Shown piece by piece: positions 60,200 through 64,000 of a stretch of 64,000 nt of DNA; positions within the stretch are counted from its first letter, which is position 1, and each line of letters opens with the position of its first letter. Origin of the DNA: Macrostomum hystrix (Eukaryota > Animalia > Platyhelminthes); contig CATNEN010000034.1 in assembly GCA_950097015.1 (NCBI GenBank), forward strand, positions 1,054,001-1,118,000, in the 5' to 3' direction. The notes under the pieces are model-generated. The model was not told where the DNA came from. It made no database searches and saw nothing but the letters and a program-made list of their open reading frames with translations. The translations under genes and the position numbers were made by a program.

Positions 60200-62765
60200 T
60201 CGGACACAAACTGATCCAGATACTAGCCCCTAGGACACAAACTGATCCAGATACTAGCCCCTAGGACACAAACTGATCCAGATACTAGCCACTAGGACAC
60301 AAACTGATCCAGATACTAGCCACTAGGACACAAACTGATCCAGATACTAGCCACTAGGACACAAACTGATCCAGATACTAGCCACTAGGACACAAACTGA
60401 TCCAGATACTAGCCCCTAGGACACAAACTGATCCAGATACTAGCCCCTAGGACACAAACTGATCCAGATACTAGCCCCTAGGACACAAACTGATCCAGAT
60501 ACTAGCCCCTAGGACACAAACTGATCCAGATACTACCCTAGGACACAAACTGATCCAGATACTAGCCACTAGGACACAAACTGATCCAGATACTAGCCCC
60601 TAGGACACAAACTGATCCAGATACTAGCCCCTAGGACACAAACTGATCCAGATACTAGCCCCTAGGACACAAACTGATCCAGATACTAGCCACTAGGACA
60701 CAAACTGATCCAGATACTAGCCCCTAGGACACAAACTGATCCAGATACTAGCCACTAGGACACAAACTGATCCAGATACTAGCCCCTAGGACACAAACTG
60801 ATCCAGATACTAGCCCCTAGGACACAAACTGATCCAGATACTAGCCCCTAGGACACAAACTGATCCAGATACTACCCTAGGACACAAACTGATCCAGATA
60901 CTAGCCACTAGGACACAAACTGATCCAGATACTAGCCCCTAGGACACAAACTGATCCAGATACTAGCCCCTAGGACACAAACTGATCCAGATACTAGCCC
61001 CTAGGACACAAACTGATCCAGATACTAGCCCCTAGGACACAAACTGATCCAGATACTAGCCCCTAGGACACAAACTGATCCAGATACTAGCCCCTAGGAC
61101 ACAAACTGATCCAGATACTAGCCCCTAGGACACAAACTGATCCAGATACTACCCTAGGACACAAACTGATCCAGATACTAGCCACTAGGACACAAACTGA
61201 TCCAGATACTACCCTAGGACACAAACTGATCCAGATACTAGCCACTAGGACACAAACTGATCCAGATACTAGCCCCTAGGACACAAACTGATCCAGATAC
61301 TAGCCCCTAGGACACAAACTGATCCAGATACTAGCCCCTAGGACACAAACTGATCCAGATACTAGCCACTAGGACACAAACTGATCCAGATACTAGCCCC
61401 TAGGACACAAACTGATCCAGATACTAGCCACTAGGACACAAACTGATCCAGATACTAGCCCCTAGGACACAAACTGATCCAGATACTAGCCCCTAGGACA
61501 CAAACTGATCCAGATACTAGCCCCTAGGACACAAACTGATCCAGATACTAGCCCCTAGGACACAAACTGATCCAGATACTACCCTAGGACACAAACTGAT
61601 CCAGATACTAGCCACTAGGACACAAACTGATCCAGATACTAGCCCCTAGGACACAAACTGATCCAGATACTAGCCCCTAGGACACAAACTGATCCAGATA
61701 CTAGCCCCTAGGACACAAACTGATCCAGATACTAGCCACTAGGACACAAACTGATCCAGATACTAGCCCCTAGGACACAAACTGATCCAGATACTAGCCA
61801 CTAGGACACAAACTGATCCAGATACTAGCCCCTAGGACACAAACTGATCCAGATACTAGCCCCTAGGACACAAACTGATCCAGATACTAGCCCCTAGGAC
61901 ACAAACTGATCCAGATACTAGCCCCTAGGACACAAACTGATCCAGATACTACCCTAGGACACAAACTGATCCAGATACTAGCCACTAGGACACAAACTGA
62001 TCCAGATACTAGCCCCTAGGACACAAACTGATCCAGATACTAGCCCCTAGGACACAAACTGATCCAGATACTAGCCCCTAGGACACAAACTGATCCAGAT
62101 ACTAGCCCCTAGGACACAAACTGATCCAGATACTAGCCCCTAGGACACAAACTGATCCAGATACTACCCTAGGACACAAACTGATCCAGATACTAGCCAC
62201 TAGGACACAAACTGATCCAGATACTAGCCCCTAGGACACAAACTGATCCAGATACTAGCCCCTAGGACACAAACTGATCCAGATACTAGCCCCTAGGACA
62301 CAAACTGATCCAGATACTAGCCACTAGGACACAAACTGATCCAGATACTAGCCCCTAGGACACAAACTGATCCAGATACTAGCCACTAGGACACAAACTG
62401 ATCCAGATACTAGCCCCTAGGACACAAACTGATCCAGATACTAGCCCCTAGGACACAAACTGATCCAGATACTAGCCCCTAGGACACAAACTGATCCAGA
62501 TACTAGCCCCTAGGACACAAACTGATCCAGATACTACCCTAGGACACAAACTGATCCAGATACTAGCCACTAGGACACAAACTGATCCAGATACTAGCCC
62601 CTAGGACACAAACTGATCCAGATACTAGCCCCTAGGACACAAACTGATCCAGATACTAGCCCCTAGGACACAAACTGATCCAGATACTAGCCCCTAGGAC
62701 ACAAACTGATCCAGATACTAGCCCCTAGGACACAAACTGATCCAGATACTAGCCCCTAGGACACA
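60200..62765. repeat. 31-bp array (~83 copies) with higher-order periodicity
   Basis: Unit GGACACAAACTGATCCAGATACTAGCCCCTA; 29-bp deletion variants at about 60535, 60874, 61151, 61211, 61581, 61951, 62166 and 62536. Confidence 0.98.
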
Positions 62766-63107
62766 GGAGACTACCCACAGGACACCCACTGTCCCAGACA
62801 TCAAAGTAAAAAATGACGGAACGATACCATGAAGATAAATTATTTTAAAGAACTCTTACGCACGGAGATTAATTGCATTGATACATCAGGATTCTTGATA
62901 AGTAAGTGTGCTGTCTATGTGTATTTATGTATTTTTTAAAGACTATACAAAAAAATTGCGGTACAATGTGAACGAATCAAACAACAACGACAACAACACA
63001 AAAAAGTTTTTTAACTAAAAAAATACGCGTGACATGTTAACAATAATGAGTTACAAACCTATAAAAATTATTGGAACCTTCACTAAAAAAACTAAAAACT
63101 AAGAGTG

Positions 63108-63998
63108 CTAAGAATGAGCGGCAAAGTGTGTCACGTGATGCGGAGGTGACGAAGCCAGTAGAGAGTGCGGCCGCGGCTGAGCAGGCACCAACGGCTGCTG
63201 CTGCTGCTGTTGCTGCCGCTGTTGCTGACTGTTGTTACCAGCTGAGCGGCACAGGCCGCGATACCTGCTAGAGAATGCGTCATGCCTGGCAGTCTTCTTC
63301 CACAGGTAATAAAAGTGCACCAGCTGGCCGACGGATCGGCAGCGCAGACGCTCGGCCTGGACTAACCAGAAATTCTTGCCGTAGTGCAGCAGGCCGTTCT
63401 CGAACGCGTCAACATCGTCCGACGGCCACATGGCCAGCACATCCGGGCAGGGCAGGTCGGGCCGAAGCCGGACCCGCAGCAGCGCCTCCGTGGCAGAGTA
63501 TTTGCAGGCTTGCAACTCGAACAGCCAGCGCTCACTGTCGGGAATCGGGCGGTGTGGCGGGAAGGCAACGCCAGGCTGGGCCCGGCGCAGATAGTCAACA
63601 ACGTCGGCTTCGGGCAGGCGCAGCGGATCCCACAGCTGAACAGCTCGGCTGTCGTCGGCAGTGCCGGGCAATGCCGGAGGTCTGCGGGGAATCGGCAGGT
63701 CGCCCACCTGGTATTCCGCACCGACGCGAGGCTCGCGTCGCCAGGCGATGCCGGAACCCGACGAGGCTGCAGCAGCTGCAGCGCCAGTCGATGATGCCGC
63801 GGCTGCTGCGGAGGACGTCACTGCGGATGAAGAGGACGATGTCGACGGAGCGCAAGACGGCGCGTTCCGTTGGTTGCCTCCAGCGACGCCTGAAGTTGAA
63901 GCCTCTTCTTCCTCATCTTCTTCTTCTTCCTCCCCTTCCTCGTCTTCTTCCGCATCCTCGACAAGGCCATTCTCGTCGGCGGAGTTGGAGCTGGCCTC
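63108..63998 (-). CDS. MIER: MIER-family ELM2-SANT corepressor, 5'-partial (frame open to the window edge)
   Basis: Acidic tract (EEDEEGEEEEDEEEE), ELM2 WRREPRVGAEYQV...LWDP...DSERWL...ALLR, SANT WPSDDVDAFENGLLHYGKNFWLVQ...RSVGQLVHFYYLWKKTARHD. Confidence 0.88.
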   Translation of the reverse strand, partial: EASSNSADENGLVEDAEEDEEGEEEEEDEEEEASTSGVAGGNQRNAPSCAPSTSSSSSAVTSSAAAAASSTGAAAAAASSGSGIAWRREPRVGAEYQVGDLPIPRRPPALPGTADDSRAVQLWDPLRLPEADVVDYLRRAQPGVAFPPHRPIPDSERWLFELQACKYSATEALLRVRLRPDLPCPDVLAMWPSDDVDAFENGLLHYGKNFWLVQAERLRCRSVGQLVHFYYLWKKTARHDAFSSRYRGLCRSAGNNSQQQRQQQQQQQPLVPAQPRPHSLLASSPPHHVTHFAAHS

Positions 63999-64000
63999 CT

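Noticed and set aside
1-62765. CRISPR-like appearance of the 24-45-bp repeat arrays
   Set aside because: Units are directly adjacent with no unique spacers, there are no cas genes, and the context is eukaryotic.

Overview
Eukaryotic (metazoan) genomic DNA with spliceosomal GT-AG introns. The dense, diverse 11-60 bp minisatellites (about 23-24 kb, roughly 37% of the window by my tally) and GC-rich, Ala/Gly/Gln-rich exons suggest a free-living flatworm such as Macrostomum; this is inference only. I reconstructed seven genes by hand: an intronless class A peptide-type GPCR (-), a two-exon PLD6/Zucchini (+), an eight-exon ABHD16A (+), a four-exon divergent amine-type GPCR nested antisense in ABHD16A intron 6, a two-exon Rab21 (+), a roughly 13-exon NCKX/SLC24 exchanger (+), and a MIER-type ELM2-SANT gene cut by the window edge (-). 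Mobile DNA comprises a deleted IS630-Tc1-mariner element (52-bp inverted ends, frameshifted transposase with DD31E spacing), a decayed Ty3/gypsy pol fragment and six copies of a tRNA-derived SINE. The best leads are: (1) four same-strand genes (PLD6-ABHD16A-Rab21-NCKX), each with a 3' splice acceptor just upstream of its predicted ATG, suggesting a trans-spliced, operon-like unit; (2) introns each inflated by a private minisatellite starting at or near the 5' splice site, with several arrays multiplying RNA-processing or transcription-factor motifs; (3) the nested GPCR with non-canonical activation motifs. Most long ORFs in the supplied track are repeat artefacts.
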